In this document: one piece after another, positions 23,102-33,738 of the stretch
Numbering within the stretch: the stretch's first letter is position 1
Layout: every line of letters starts with the position of its first letter
Source: Schizochytrium sp. TIO01
Taxonomy: Eukaryota > Protista > Bigyra: Labyrinthulomycetes
Assembly (NCBI GenBank): GCA_004764695.1
Contig: SMSO01000031.1
Location: 4,936,436 to 5,000,435 of the forward strand
Direction of reading: 5' to 3'
Length of the DNA stretch: 64,000 nt
Position numbers and translations under genes: made by a program
Notes under the pieces: model-generated
The model's input: only the letters and a program-made list of their open reading frames with translations
Databases searched by the model: none
What the model was told of the DNA's origin: nothing

Positions 23102-24425
23102 TTAAAATCTTCGATTGTCAAATGGTAAGAGATTAGCACCTAAACCAACAAAAACACATTTCGTTCAGCTACCAAAGCAGTACAATTTCCTCGATCTCTG
23201 GCACTCACCCTTCGATTGACAATATTCGAGTATACATTACCTATCAACTCGATAAATAGGTACTCTTTCCTTTAATCTTACAACATGTGCTCTTCAGATT
23301 TTTATCAATTTTGCCTGTCGTGTGTAAGGGGCTTTGGATAGTACAAATTTATATTCTAATTTCACAACATCTAAAACTAGTTGTTAGTAGCAGAGAGACC
23401 CTAATCGTCCGAAAATGTGTTCGTGAATGCTGCGGATCTTAGTCAATCGTTACACAACTCTAATGGTTTAAGCAATCGACCGTAGAATGTGATTGCTCAT
23501 GGGCTCACAACTAAGCCATCTACTCCCACCAAAATGAGACGCATAGACACTTTCATAAAGTTTTCCCAACTAGACAAGGGCAGCACTATTTAAGCTTGAT
23601 TATCTTAAAGTTGATTGTGCTATTTTCCTCCAAAATATCGGGGAATTAGAATAGCAATTCCTAGCCCTGGTCGACGATGCATACTATGTTCTACTGTGTT
23701 CTGTCGGTATCTTACTTCAACGAATCTATGTAGTGATGCGTTTCACTTTTTCAAATTTGATTTAAGCGAAGAACCGTGGTTGAGCTCTAGCTTGCAATTT
23801 AGAACTTAACGTCGACTTTTCGCTCGAATGCTGGGTTGACCGAATCTTAATTCATGGTTTGGCTACATCTCAATTAATGTTAATCTGTCATCTGAAGTTA
23901 ATTTTTGAATTGACTTCCAAAGTTCAAGCATCTTTTAAGCTTGGTACAAAAGCTGAAACACGCTCTGTGAAACTAAGCACTGTTGCGGAGGCTAGTATTG
24001 CAGTGAAGAGTATTGAAAAGTTGCCATTATCTTTATGGACTATACCGAGACCACGAGCTTGGTTGAAGAGTCAATGCTTGTTATCCTCAAGAAAAAAGGC
24101 AGGCCTTCTCCCTCGGGTAGAATAAGAGCAGCATCCGACTTATGCCGAATACGATTCTACAGCCCTGTCAAAGAGCTGTCTAAATTCACTTGTTACATGC
24201 TCTCGCTCTGCAACGAACGATCATTCCCTTCTTTATATATGCAATTCACAAACGTTGATTTTACTAAGTTTAGGTGTTTACAGTTATATACTCAGATATC
24301 CATAAAGTGAATTTACACTCAAAGAAAATGAGTTGGTGGATCTATACACGGCCCAGACGGGCACTGAAGAAACTATGTGTGAGGCGCACTTGAGGTTAGC
24401 TTGAAGAATAAGTGTAAATATCCCC

Positions 24426-25328
24426 CTACATTACATCAGCACGGAGGAGCTTCACGACACCTTTATCTTGGCTCACTTGGACGTTGGCAATGCACGCACG
24501 TACGCGGTTAAGCGAGAAAATATCCTTCTCTTCTCCATCTTGCATAACTTTTTCACGCAAGCTCGACTCCATGTCGACCCATGGCGCTCGGTACGCAGAA
24601 TCAAGAGGACCGTAGTCCTGCAGAGTGCTTTCATGAATCCCCTGAAATACCTTCTCGATATTGTGAGGGCCAATTCCACCGGCATAGCCACACGGGAGGC
24701 CTTCCACGATGTTTGGTCGTGGAAACGTCGTGCGTTCCACGCCTGTGCCTACACTATCATCAAAGAGAACGCTAATGTTTGCAAGACTCTCGCGTCTTGC
24801 AATGAGAGCCTCCCATAGTGGTTTCGTCTCCTCGTTGCGCTGCAAGATGAACTCCATAGCAGGCACTGCTTCGATCACCTTGGCGACATTGTCAACTTGA
24901 TCAGCAAGTTTTGAACTATCCACATTGTTGGCTTTCGTGGCGTTAATCTGCACCCTCCGAAAACCCAGCGCGGCCAGTTTTTGTACAAACTCTGCGTTGC
25001 CCTCAAGCACCTCCTCACAGCGCGTGCTACACAAATGTGCTGCAAGTCTGACTTTGTAGAAGCCCGCGACAATGTTGGCTTTTGATACAGCCTTGCAGAG
25101 GTCGTTCTCAACCCAGGTCATGCTGGGAAATCTCGGCTCGCCCTCCTTCTCCGGCCTGAAGAGCACGCCCCATTCCGCCCAGGGTGCAGAGCTCTGAGAG
25201 ATTTCTACAACGTCTTCTACCTTGACAGACTCGTCCACACCACAGAAGCCCACCGCCAGCAGCGGTACCGCGTTGCTGCTCTCCGTGCGAGCTTTCTTCT
25301 CCTGACGGCAATCTTCCTGTGCGCTCAT
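24426..25328 (-). CDS. Phosphoribosylanthranilate-isomerase-like (ribulose-phosphate-binding) TIM-barrel protein of unknown function
   Basis: Motifs GFCGVDE, EWGVL, LAAHLC, RRVQIN, EFILQ, VLFDDSVGTG, GYAGGIGPHNI and WVDMESSLR. The C-terminal LxD...G.G / AGG..P.N / xD.xS pattern parallels TrpF. Confidence 0.7.
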   Translation of the reverse strand: MSAQEDCRQEKKARTESSNAVPLLAVGFCGVDESVKVEDVVEISQSSAPWAEWGVLFRPEKEGEPRFPSMTWVENDLCKAVSKANIVAGFYKVRLAAHLCSTRCEEVLEGNAEFVQKLAALGFRRVQINATKANNVDSSKLADQVDNVAKVIEAVPAMEFILQRNEETKPLWEALIARRESLANISVLFDDSVGTGVERTTFPRPNIVEGLPCGYAGGIGPHNIEKVFQGIHESTLQDYGPLDSAYRAPWVDMESSLREKVMQDGEEKDIFSLNRVRACIANVQVSQDKGVVKLLRADVM

Positions 25329-25564
25329 GCTCTATATCGGGGTCTACCAGTGCCCTCACTTGACGTCGTTATACAAGCCCAACGGGGTGGTCTCTGCGCT
25401 GTTCCAGCTCTGGTCCTTCTCCAAAGCGCTTCTTTGGAAGTCCGCTTTCAAAGCTCAAGTTCTGCTTCAAGTTCTCTCGGATTCACTTCGATTCAAAATT
25501 GTCCCCCATATTCAGAACCGGAGGGTCCCCAAGTTACCGGCATGTGAGGTGGTAACAAGAATAG

Positions 25565-26144
25565 GACTGACTGACTGACTGACTGACTTACATTACAAGC
25601 AAGCAAGCAAATGCAAACGGGTCTGTCTTCCTTCCTTTGCTAAACCCCGCAGACTTCTCTCGGTGGTCTCGCTGCATTCCACAGCCACCACTCCGTCTGT
25701 GCGTCCTCAATACCCTCATCTCCTCCACACGGAGGGTGCCTCGGCTCCAACTCGCCAAACTTATATCGCAAACTGCAATTGAAGGTCATCTTCATCTTCG
25801 CCTTTTAACGCCCAGCCTCCTGTGACACTTTATGCCTGTCCCTGCCCTTTCAGGCCGCTGTTTTGCTATTGTTATTGTTGTTGTTATTGTTGTTGTTGTT
25901 GTTGTTGTTGTCTCTCCGCCGCGAAACCTGGTGTCAGCGCGACCTCCAGCGTCCCAGCGCCCACCCAGTCAATGCTCAGACCCTGTGGGGAGCCGGGAAG
26001 AAACTAGCTCTGGGCACCACCTTGCTCCCTTTGGGTGCCAGCCTGACATAAAGTACGCTCTGCGATGCGATGCACTGCGATGCAATGCAATGCAATGTAA
26101 TGCAATGTAATGCAATGTAATGCAATGCAGTGCAATGCAATGCA
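25565..26144. repeat. Microsatellite cluster (GACT)n, (GCAA)n, (TTG)n and (ATGCA)n between divergent genes
   Basis: Visible at ~25565-25588, 25868-25910 and 26064-26144. Confidence 0.9.
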
Positions 26145-26662
26145 AACGTTGAAGCGAAGTCATGAAAAACAAGCATGGCTCTCCGTTTTGCTAGCCTCGT
26201 ATCTTAAACATTAGGACTCGCCTAAGCGATCATTGCTAGTTACATTCTGTCTTTTGAGTTCAATCTATACTCTAGCTGTACCTCGGCAGCCACCAAGCTC
26301 GACCTTGTTTCCTTCGAAGCCTTGGCTTGCAGCGTTTCCTCCGTTGCGAGTCGTCGTTCCTTGGGTTTTGGCGGTTTTCCTAGAAAGGTAACCAGCTGCG
26401 TTGCTTTTGTGTCGTGGTGGCGGTGGTGTTGTCCTCTAACTCGAACTTTTGTGGCCCTACTGAGTCCCTTAGCAAGTGTTAATCCTAGAACTGTTGTTCC
26501 ACACGTTCTATTTGTTCTGGCCTCTGGGATCTAAGACTTCGAAATCGAAATCGTAGAGAGCACCAAATCTGGAAATCCAAATTGCTGGGATTTGGATTGC
26601 GCGGGGATCACTGCGTGGGGTAAGGGGACTACGCCAGGAGGGAGGGTGCGAGTAGAGGCAGC

Positions 26663-28567
26663 ATGATGCTGTCGTGCAGAGTTGCGCGACACAGAGAGGT
26701 GTGGAAGCTGCAAAGGGCCTTCGTGAGCGTGAAGCATGTGGAGCAGGAGGCTGGCGCCGCTGGAGAACACGAGCACCGCTTCTCGGCAGTGCCGCAGGCA
26801 CTCTCTCCTGAGCAGGAGGTTCAGCTAGACCTCGTGCAGCGCAAACAAAGCCCGGAGCACCGGCGCGACGGTGTGCAGTATGCGCCCTGGCAGCAGCATC
26901 CTGGTGGAGAAGGTCATGCTCTAAGTTCTCACCAGAACCAAAATCCCCAGTTCACGGTAAAAGCTGAGGGAGACTCAATCTTATCAGTGGAACAGAGAGA
27001 AAAGGATTTGCAAATAAATCATCAGGATCAGCGAAAGTTGCGGGGTCCGGAAGACGAAGTTAGTTCTGTGGACGATAAAAGCAAGACCAGGAAATTTGCG
27101 ACGGAGTCAGAGGTCTATCAAGAGACGCCTACGGGATGGCATCACAGACCCACGCGGGTGGTGCCAGAACTCAGTCAAAGGGTAAAAGACACCTTGCTTG
27201 AGGCGCGAAACCATTTACTTCCGAAGGACTATGCAAACTCTGTTGCCCCGCGGTATGTGGAGTACGTGCAGTGGAACATGGCGGCGAGCGTAGTGGGCAC
27301 GGCGTCTAGCGTGATTTCCATGCAATCGCTACTCATGGCAGTGGGTTTGGGCCAAGGCGCAATTCCATCTGCCGCAGCCCTGAATTGGATCTTAAAAGAT
27401 GGACTTGGACAGCTTGGTGGTGTCCTTTTCGCATCGTCTGTAAATCAGAGGTTTGACGCCGAGCCAAAGCGCTGGCGCCTAAAGGCAGCTGCTATCCTTG
27501 ACGCTAGCGTCTTGCTTGAGGTCATGACACCGTGGTTTCCGAACTACTTTTTGCCAATTGCCTCGATCGCAAACATTGGCAAAAATGTTGGATGGTTAGC
27601 AATTAGCGCAAGTCGAGCAGGTATTCACCGCAGTTTCATGCGTGAGGAAAACCTAGGTGATATAACCGGAAAGGCTGGGTCGCAAGCCATTGCTGCGTCT
27701 GTGGTTGGCACCGCATTCGGCATCGGGCTTTCCTCGATTGTTGGAACTACGACAGGTTCTTTACTCTTTACAGCGACAGTGCTATCATCGATTCATATGG
27801 GCTTTTTATACAAGTCGATTCAGACAGTGACGATTAACACACTGAACTTGCAACGGCTATGGTTGGCTGTGCGGCCCGCTTTGGAGTATGATGATCCTTC
27901 GAAACGCCAGGATGGCATTGTCACCTCCGACGTTGATCTGCCGAAGGTTTTAAGCCCTGAAGCCGTTGCTCCATTGGAAACTATAGTGCACTTTGGCAAA
28001 TATTCTGTGACCCGTCGCGGGTTTTCAATTTTAGAGCAAGAGCCTTCGGCCATGGCTCCGTTTTTTTCTCCTAGTCAAATGCGTGGGTCAGCGCAACTTC
28101 GTATTGGGTCCCGTCTTGACGAAGCTTTTCCGAGCCCAGTTGAATTTGATGTCGCTCTTGACCTTGCCTTACAGCATGACGACAAGCATTTAATCAACCT
28201 CTTGCCTAGCGGCACCGTGCATTTGGTTTTTCTTCAGGGCGCTGACCCCAAGGACATTTTGCGTGGCGCTCTTCACGCCATGCATGTCTACCAGGCCGTC
28301 GTTCACGAGGAGAAGGAGCACGCGCTTCGTGGTCCCCCAGCTAGTGGTGCTGCTACCTCATACTCTACACACTCTGGTCCCACCTCGTCGGTGTCCCCTT
28401 CGGAGGACCAGAGGCGCGAGGCAATCATAGTGCGGGCATGCCGTGAGCGAATGGGGGAAAGCGCTGCGGAAAGTCTCCGGGAGAGCCTTATGCAGGCGGG
28501 ATGGGACGTGAACCACCTCTTCTTCGAGCCCTTCCGCGCTCGTGTGGCCGTTGTCCTGCACAAATGA
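26663..28567 (+). CDS. RUS1/DUF647 (root UV-B sensitive) family membrane protein
   Basis: LLPKDYANSV..Y.EY..W, SMQSLL.AVGLG, AAALNWILKDGLGQLGGVLFA, RFDAEPKRWRL, ENLGDITGKAGSQ. The Arg-rich N-terminus resembles a transit peptide. Confidence 0.9.
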   Translation: MMLSCRVARHREVWKLQRAFVSVKHVEQEAGAAGEHEHRFSAVPQALSPEQEVQLDLVQRKQSPEHRRDGVQYAPWQQHPGGEGHALSSHQNQNPQFTVKAEGDSILSVEQREKDLQINHQDQRKLRGPEDEVSSVDDKSKTRKFATESEVYQETPTGWHHRPTRVVPELSQRVKDTLLEARNHLLPKDYANSVAPRYVEYVQWNMAASVVGTASSVISMQSLLMAVGLGQGAIPSAAALNWILKDGLGQLGGVLFASSVNQRFDAEPKRWRLKAAAILDASVLLEVMTPWFPNYFLPIASIANIGKNVGWLAISASRAGIHRSFMREENLGDITGKAGSQAIAASVVGTAFGIGLSSIVGTTTGSLLFTATVLSSIHMGFLYKSIQTVTINTLNLQRLWLAVRPALEYDDPSKRQDGIVTSDVDLPKVLSPEAVAPLETIVHFGKYSVTRRGFSILEQEPSAMAPFFSPSQMRGSAQLRIGSRLDEAFPSPVEFDVALDLALQHDDKHLINLLPSGTVHLVFLQGADPKDILRGALHAMHVYQAVVHEEKEHALRGPPASGAATSYSTHSGPTSSVSPSEDQRREAIIVRACRERMGESAAESLRESLMQAGWDVNHLFFEPFRARVAVVLHK

Positions 28568-28725
28568 GAGGCAAGCAGCTCAATATTTATGTGTATCACC
28601 CCGTACGCTATGTGCCTACTTACTAGGCAAACAGCTAGCTGGTCGCTAGGTAGTTAGTTACTTCGTTTGCTTAGCAAGGAGAACATGGTGACAATAGAAA
28701 TAAATAAAAAACATTTTTAAAATTA

Positions 28726-28759
<34 letters not shown>

Positions 28760-29505
28760 GCATTCAAGTTATTTTTGTTTTTTTAAAAATATAAATTAAA
28801 ATGACCGTAAATAGGTAAACAGTGCCTAAACACTGCGGCATTGTTTCTCAACCAAAAACGAAGCTTTAAACAAGAATTTACTTATATTTTAATCAATTTC
28901 TCTATTTTTTAATGTACCTTTAAAAAAGGGGGGAAAACAAGAAAAAGGCAAAGCAGACGCAAGAAAAAAGAAAGAACTCCGAAAGAAGGTAAGAACAAGC
29001 AAAGAAAAGAAAGCATAACTTTACGAATCATGTACCTACTACGTAACACCACGCTTGGACTACTCATTTCCCCATAGGCAGTTTGACAAACGAGCAATCA
29101 ATCAGTACATCAATCAACACATTAATACATCCATTAATCAAACAGCCAAAAAAACCGCAGGACGAACTAATTCACTCACTCACTCACTCACTCACCAACT
29201 AACTACCTGGCAATGGAATGAAGCTGGTCAAGTTGTGGATGGCCCTCACTTCGACTTCTCGTTCCCAATTCCTTCTCCTTCTTGACCTTCTCTTTCTTCA
29301 CCGTTCTGAGGCGACTGCTGTTTGTTCCTGAGGGCTGCTTTTTCTTAGTGCTTCGACGAGCTTTGCTTCTTCTGCAGTTTCCCAAAACTGATATACACAG
29401 TCGTACGAGAACAAATCAATCAACAAACAAACAAACAAACAAACAAACAAATAAACAAACAAACAAACAAAGCGGAAGGACACGAAAGCAAAAGCACAAC
29501 TAAAG

Positions 29506-29590
<85 letters not shown>

Positions 29591-30852
29591 TCTTGCTTTG
29601 CCTTAATAGCGCACTTCCGAAAGAGGAAGAAGAAGAAGAAGGAACTCGGAGTTCTGCCAAGAATTGGGCACCACAAGCACTTGATTCTCGCCGCCTCTAG
29701 GCTCGCGCTCTCCGCCGTCGCTTTCAACTCTTCTCCATCGCAGGGCAACTCTTCTCCAGGACGATGGGTGCGCGGCTGCCTGTGCGTGCAGACCAGACCC
29801 GCTCAGCTGCAAAGAAATCAGGGAAACCAAAGAAATCGCAAAGGCGAAAGAGGTCCTGTCCTCCAAAGGAAGGAAACAAACCATTGGGAAAGGAAAGAGC
29901 AGCAGAACCAAAGGAAAGGAACAGAAACACACCTTCCGTAAGCGGCTTCTCTTATCTATCGCAATCGGTAATTCACTCATTGATTGATTGATTGATTGAT
30001 TGATTCATATGTGCATTCATTTGCTTCAGTCGCCAACTCATCAACCGATCAACCCACTGCAATAATCACAATCAATGTACTTCCTTACTCGCCTACTTCT
30101 GTTGCAAACAACTGCTCATCTTCTATCTGAGCGATTGATTGATTGATCGCTGCTGTGCTGTGCTATTTGCCGTGTCCTTACAGAGAGAGAGGAGAGGAGA
30201 GGCCCCCGCAAATATGTCAAAGCAGCCCCGTCTCCGCCTCTCTTCCTGCGGTCTAAAGTGCTGCGCGGAGGAACAGCAAGCTAGCTAGCTTCTTGCTTTA
30301 GGTCTTTAGGTCTGCCACGTCGGCGAAAGAAAGAGTGTCCCCTCCACACAGTCAGCCAGTCTGACTCGAGAGGAGGCAGTAGGTACTTTACCCACAGCTG
30401 AGACAGGCAGACAGAGAGACAGACGTAGAGAGGTAGAGAGCTTAAGAGTCCCCGTTGGCCTTCGTTTGGCCTTCGTTTTGGCCTTTGCCTTTGCCTTTGC
30501 CTTTGCTTTTGCCTTTGCTTTTGGCTTGGCTTGGGCTTTCTTTCTTCTTGGCTCTGCCTGGCGTTGGCAGTGGATGAGCGACTCTGGTGGCTTGGCAAGT
30601 CTGTCCGCCGCTGCGGCTTTTGAGCGGAGCTCACGAAGGGCCAGCAAGCCAGAGCTGCGAAGGATGGTTGGATGGATGGATGGATGGATGGTTGCAAGTG
30701 GCACGGAGCGAAGGAATGAGCGATGAGTGCACGAGGCACGAGCTGGTCAGCTCATAGCTGCAGCGTCGTCTCGGTGGCGTGCTGCGTCCAAGGTCTGGTG
30801 GACTTCGAGGCGGATTGATGGATGTATGGATGGATGGATGTATGGATGGATG
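28726..30852. repeat. Microsatellite-dense intergenic block: (AAT)n, (ACTC)n, (ACAA)n, (TTTC)n 29506-29587, (GATT)n, (TTTGCC)n, (GGAT)n
   Basis: Directly visible simple repeats; no credible ORF. Confidence 0.9.
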
Positions 30853-32249
30853 CAAGAGGGAAACCGAAGCTCGCGAGAAGGCCTTGGCTCTGGCTTGCGT
30901 TCAAGCTGCTGTGCATTCATTCCTTTATGCACGCAGATGGTATGCAGGTACCTACATCCGTCGTGGTCAAGGTTCTCGAGGCAAGCCACTTACCAGAAGA
31001 CCTCGCTTGATGTGAACTTGTGTAGGGGTTCTGACACCAGCAAGAGCGCGGCTCTGGAGGGCGATGTAAGTCAGAGGACTCTGTAAGCGTTGGGTTTATG
31101 ACCTGGACTTGAAGCCACATGCACACGAGAGCACCACCAGGTACCCGCCTGCCTCAGGTTAGTGCAGTTCGTTTGGTTTGTTTGCTTCGGTGGAGGCGTG
31201 GATAACTTGAAGGCAGGGAGGTTGAACTGCCTATGGGTAGGTCTTGCTTTCATGAAGAGTTTACAGGTGCACGAAGCCGCTCGAGACGGAGGAGGGCCTT
31301 CGTGGCACAGGTGCACCGCAATGGCCGGGGTGTTTGTTATTCGTGGCATGCGTAAACCCCTCCGCATCGGCGATGCTCTTCACAAGGACAGTGGCAGCTT
31401 GAGGTTTGTTTTGGGGCGCTGCTTGATCCAGGCCGACCTTGCGCTGCAGCAGAAGCCACGACGGGAAGTTGTCCTCGTTGTCAACCTCAATTCACTGCGA
31501 AAATGAAATTGCCTTTTGTGAGCAAAGAGTCAAAAGAGGTTTTGACGAAGTGTTAGAGCTCCCATAAATGAATACCTCAAATACCTACCGCTATATAGGT
31601 GGCAGTAGGTAAACAGCTTAAAAAGAAAAGCTCACGTTTTCATGTAACAGGTTGAACGAACGAAATTGACCATTCAGCAACGTCCAAGAAACAGCGCTAC
31701 ACAGCCCCAATCAGTTAAATGATCAACGGAATGCAGGGTTATTGGTGCAGTGCATCAGCCGTAAAGGGGGGCTTTCTCACTACAATGGCCAAACCATCTT
31801 GTGTATATTATTACATATATACTTTAAACAAATAAAGAATTATTTCTAAATTAAAATAAAAATTAGAAAGAAACGAAGAAACTTTGAAGAACAAATGAAA
31901 TAAAATATTCTATTGTTCACTTGGGGAAAAAAGGATGAAAAAGCTCACTTTCTAATTTATCATAGCTACTTCCTAGCAGACAGTAGAGATAGTATTTCGA
32001 AGTTCTCATTTTTCTTTTTACAGCCCTACTAAACTCATCTATTTCATCATTAAATGTTCCTTTTTATCTTTTCTTTGGAAAAACAAACAAACTCGGACGA
32101 AGTTAATCTTTTTTCTCTTTGTTTTTCTTCTTTAAACTTCAATAGGACTTCTCCGTAGGCCTCCCACCCCTACAGTATCGGGTAGCTGGTTCTAAGCGTA
32201 CAGCACCTCGCGGGTCGGTCTGCGGGAACACAGTGGAGGAGAGGCGGCA

Positions 32250-32441
32250 AAGTGAGTTATAGGTGGAATAACCCATTTGCGAGGCTCCATGACAAGTAGA
32301 GTATAGGGGGGGAAGTGAAGTATAGGCAGGTCTTTCGGTCGAGAAGGCGACGGGGCGGTTTGGCTCAGTGTGTGGGGCCGCCTTACAGAAGGTTATAGGC
32401 GGCGAAAGTGGGTTATAGAGATTTGCGAAGTGCAGTATAGG
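32250..32441 (+). promoter_or_regulatory. Cluster of six direct copies of a 14-bp motif (consensus AAGTRNRKTATAGG)
   Basis: Copies at 32250 aagtgagttatagg, 32294 aagtagagtatagg, 32313 aagtgaagtatagg, 32386 cagaaggttatagg, 32406 aagtgggttataga and 32428 aagtgcagtatagg. The regulatory role is inferred. Confidence 0.55.
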
Positions 32442-32959
32442 AAGGCCACAAGTCGAGCAAAGCAGCGCAAGTGCGGAATGGCGATCAATCTCCGAAGCGA
32501 AAGGCTTCTCGCTCGCTCGCTCAGCGGACGCGGCGCGGACGCGATCCGGTGGAGCGGCGCTGCGCGAGGAAGTGCAGGCCCTCGAAGTCTGTTAAAAAAA
32601 GGGGGATTGCCCTCCCGCCCCTTGCACCCGGCTGCGGCTCTGGGCCCCATTGCCTGCGGTCGGCATCGGCGAGAGGACGACAGGGTTCATTCATTCATTC
32701 ATTCTTTGATTCAAACCATTTCTTTCCGTCAGTGCCTCGCACTCACCCGAGGCCGCGAAAGCCCTCGTACGTGCAGGCATAGCAGCACGGAGAGGCAGGC
32801 CGAGGACAGCCCGCGTCTTCGCCGAGCCTCCATCGCACGCAGGCGCGCAGGCCAGAGCTACAGAGCCTCGGTCGGTCGGCGGCCTCGAATAGCTAGCTGT
32901 TCCTTTTTTTCCTGCCTCGAGCGGAACGCGAAGAGAACAAAAGAGCACTGCTCTCATTA

Positions 32960-32996
<37 letters not shown>

Positions 32997-33738
32997 GTGT
33001 TTTTTTCATCCTAAAGAGAATAATAAAAAGTCATCGTTGTTGACTTTTGGGTGATTATAGATAATAATTGAGTGATCCATTGACTGAGTGATTGATTCAT
33101 TCAATCAATCGTTCGTTTCGCTTTCGCTTGCAGGCCCGCTCGCTCCCCGCACTCGGTTGCTGGCTGGGTGAAGGACGTGCGTGCGGAGAAGCGAGGCGTG
33201 GAGCCTGTGGAGCACGGGTGGCGATTTTCTAATTCTTCTGGTGGACTGTTGTTGTATTTTTGTTTGTTTGCTACTTCAAGGACGGAAACCCTGGGCGTCG
33301 TCGTGGTGGAGGTTGAGGACGGGAAAACAGTCTTTGAAGAAAGTGGAACGCCGTCGGGCGGCTGGCTCAGCTACGTGTTTGCAATCGTAGATTGCGAACG
33401 ACCTGGCCGGCCGACTGTGTGGAGAAGGCCTGGCTGGCTGGCTGGCTCGCTCGCTCCGTGAGCTTTGGTCCTTAACTACGGCAACAGGCTTGCTCGGGTT
33501 TGCACGTGGCGGAACGTCCTCTGACAACTGGCTGGATTGACTGGATAACATCTGCTCTACTTGCTACGCAGCGACGTGTGGACACGGTTGGCTACTTATT
33601 GAGGGAAATTGCAGCGGTGGTCTTTTCTTTTGTTCGACCAAAGATTAATATTAGGAAGAACAACGTGAGACATACGTGGACTGCAACAGGCAAGCAAGAT
33701 TACCCCAAGAATATTTTGCCCCACTATATCAGAACAAA

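Noticed and set aside
32250-32441. CRISPR-like or FRT-like reading of the repeated GTATAGG motif
   Set aside because: The repeats are short and degenerate with irregular spacing, there is no inverted FRT architecture, and no cas or recombinase gene is present.
29600-33500. Short ORFs of 60-196 aa in GC-rich intergenic patches
   Set aside because: Most have non-ATG starts, are repeat-derived, show no domain motifs and conflict with one another.
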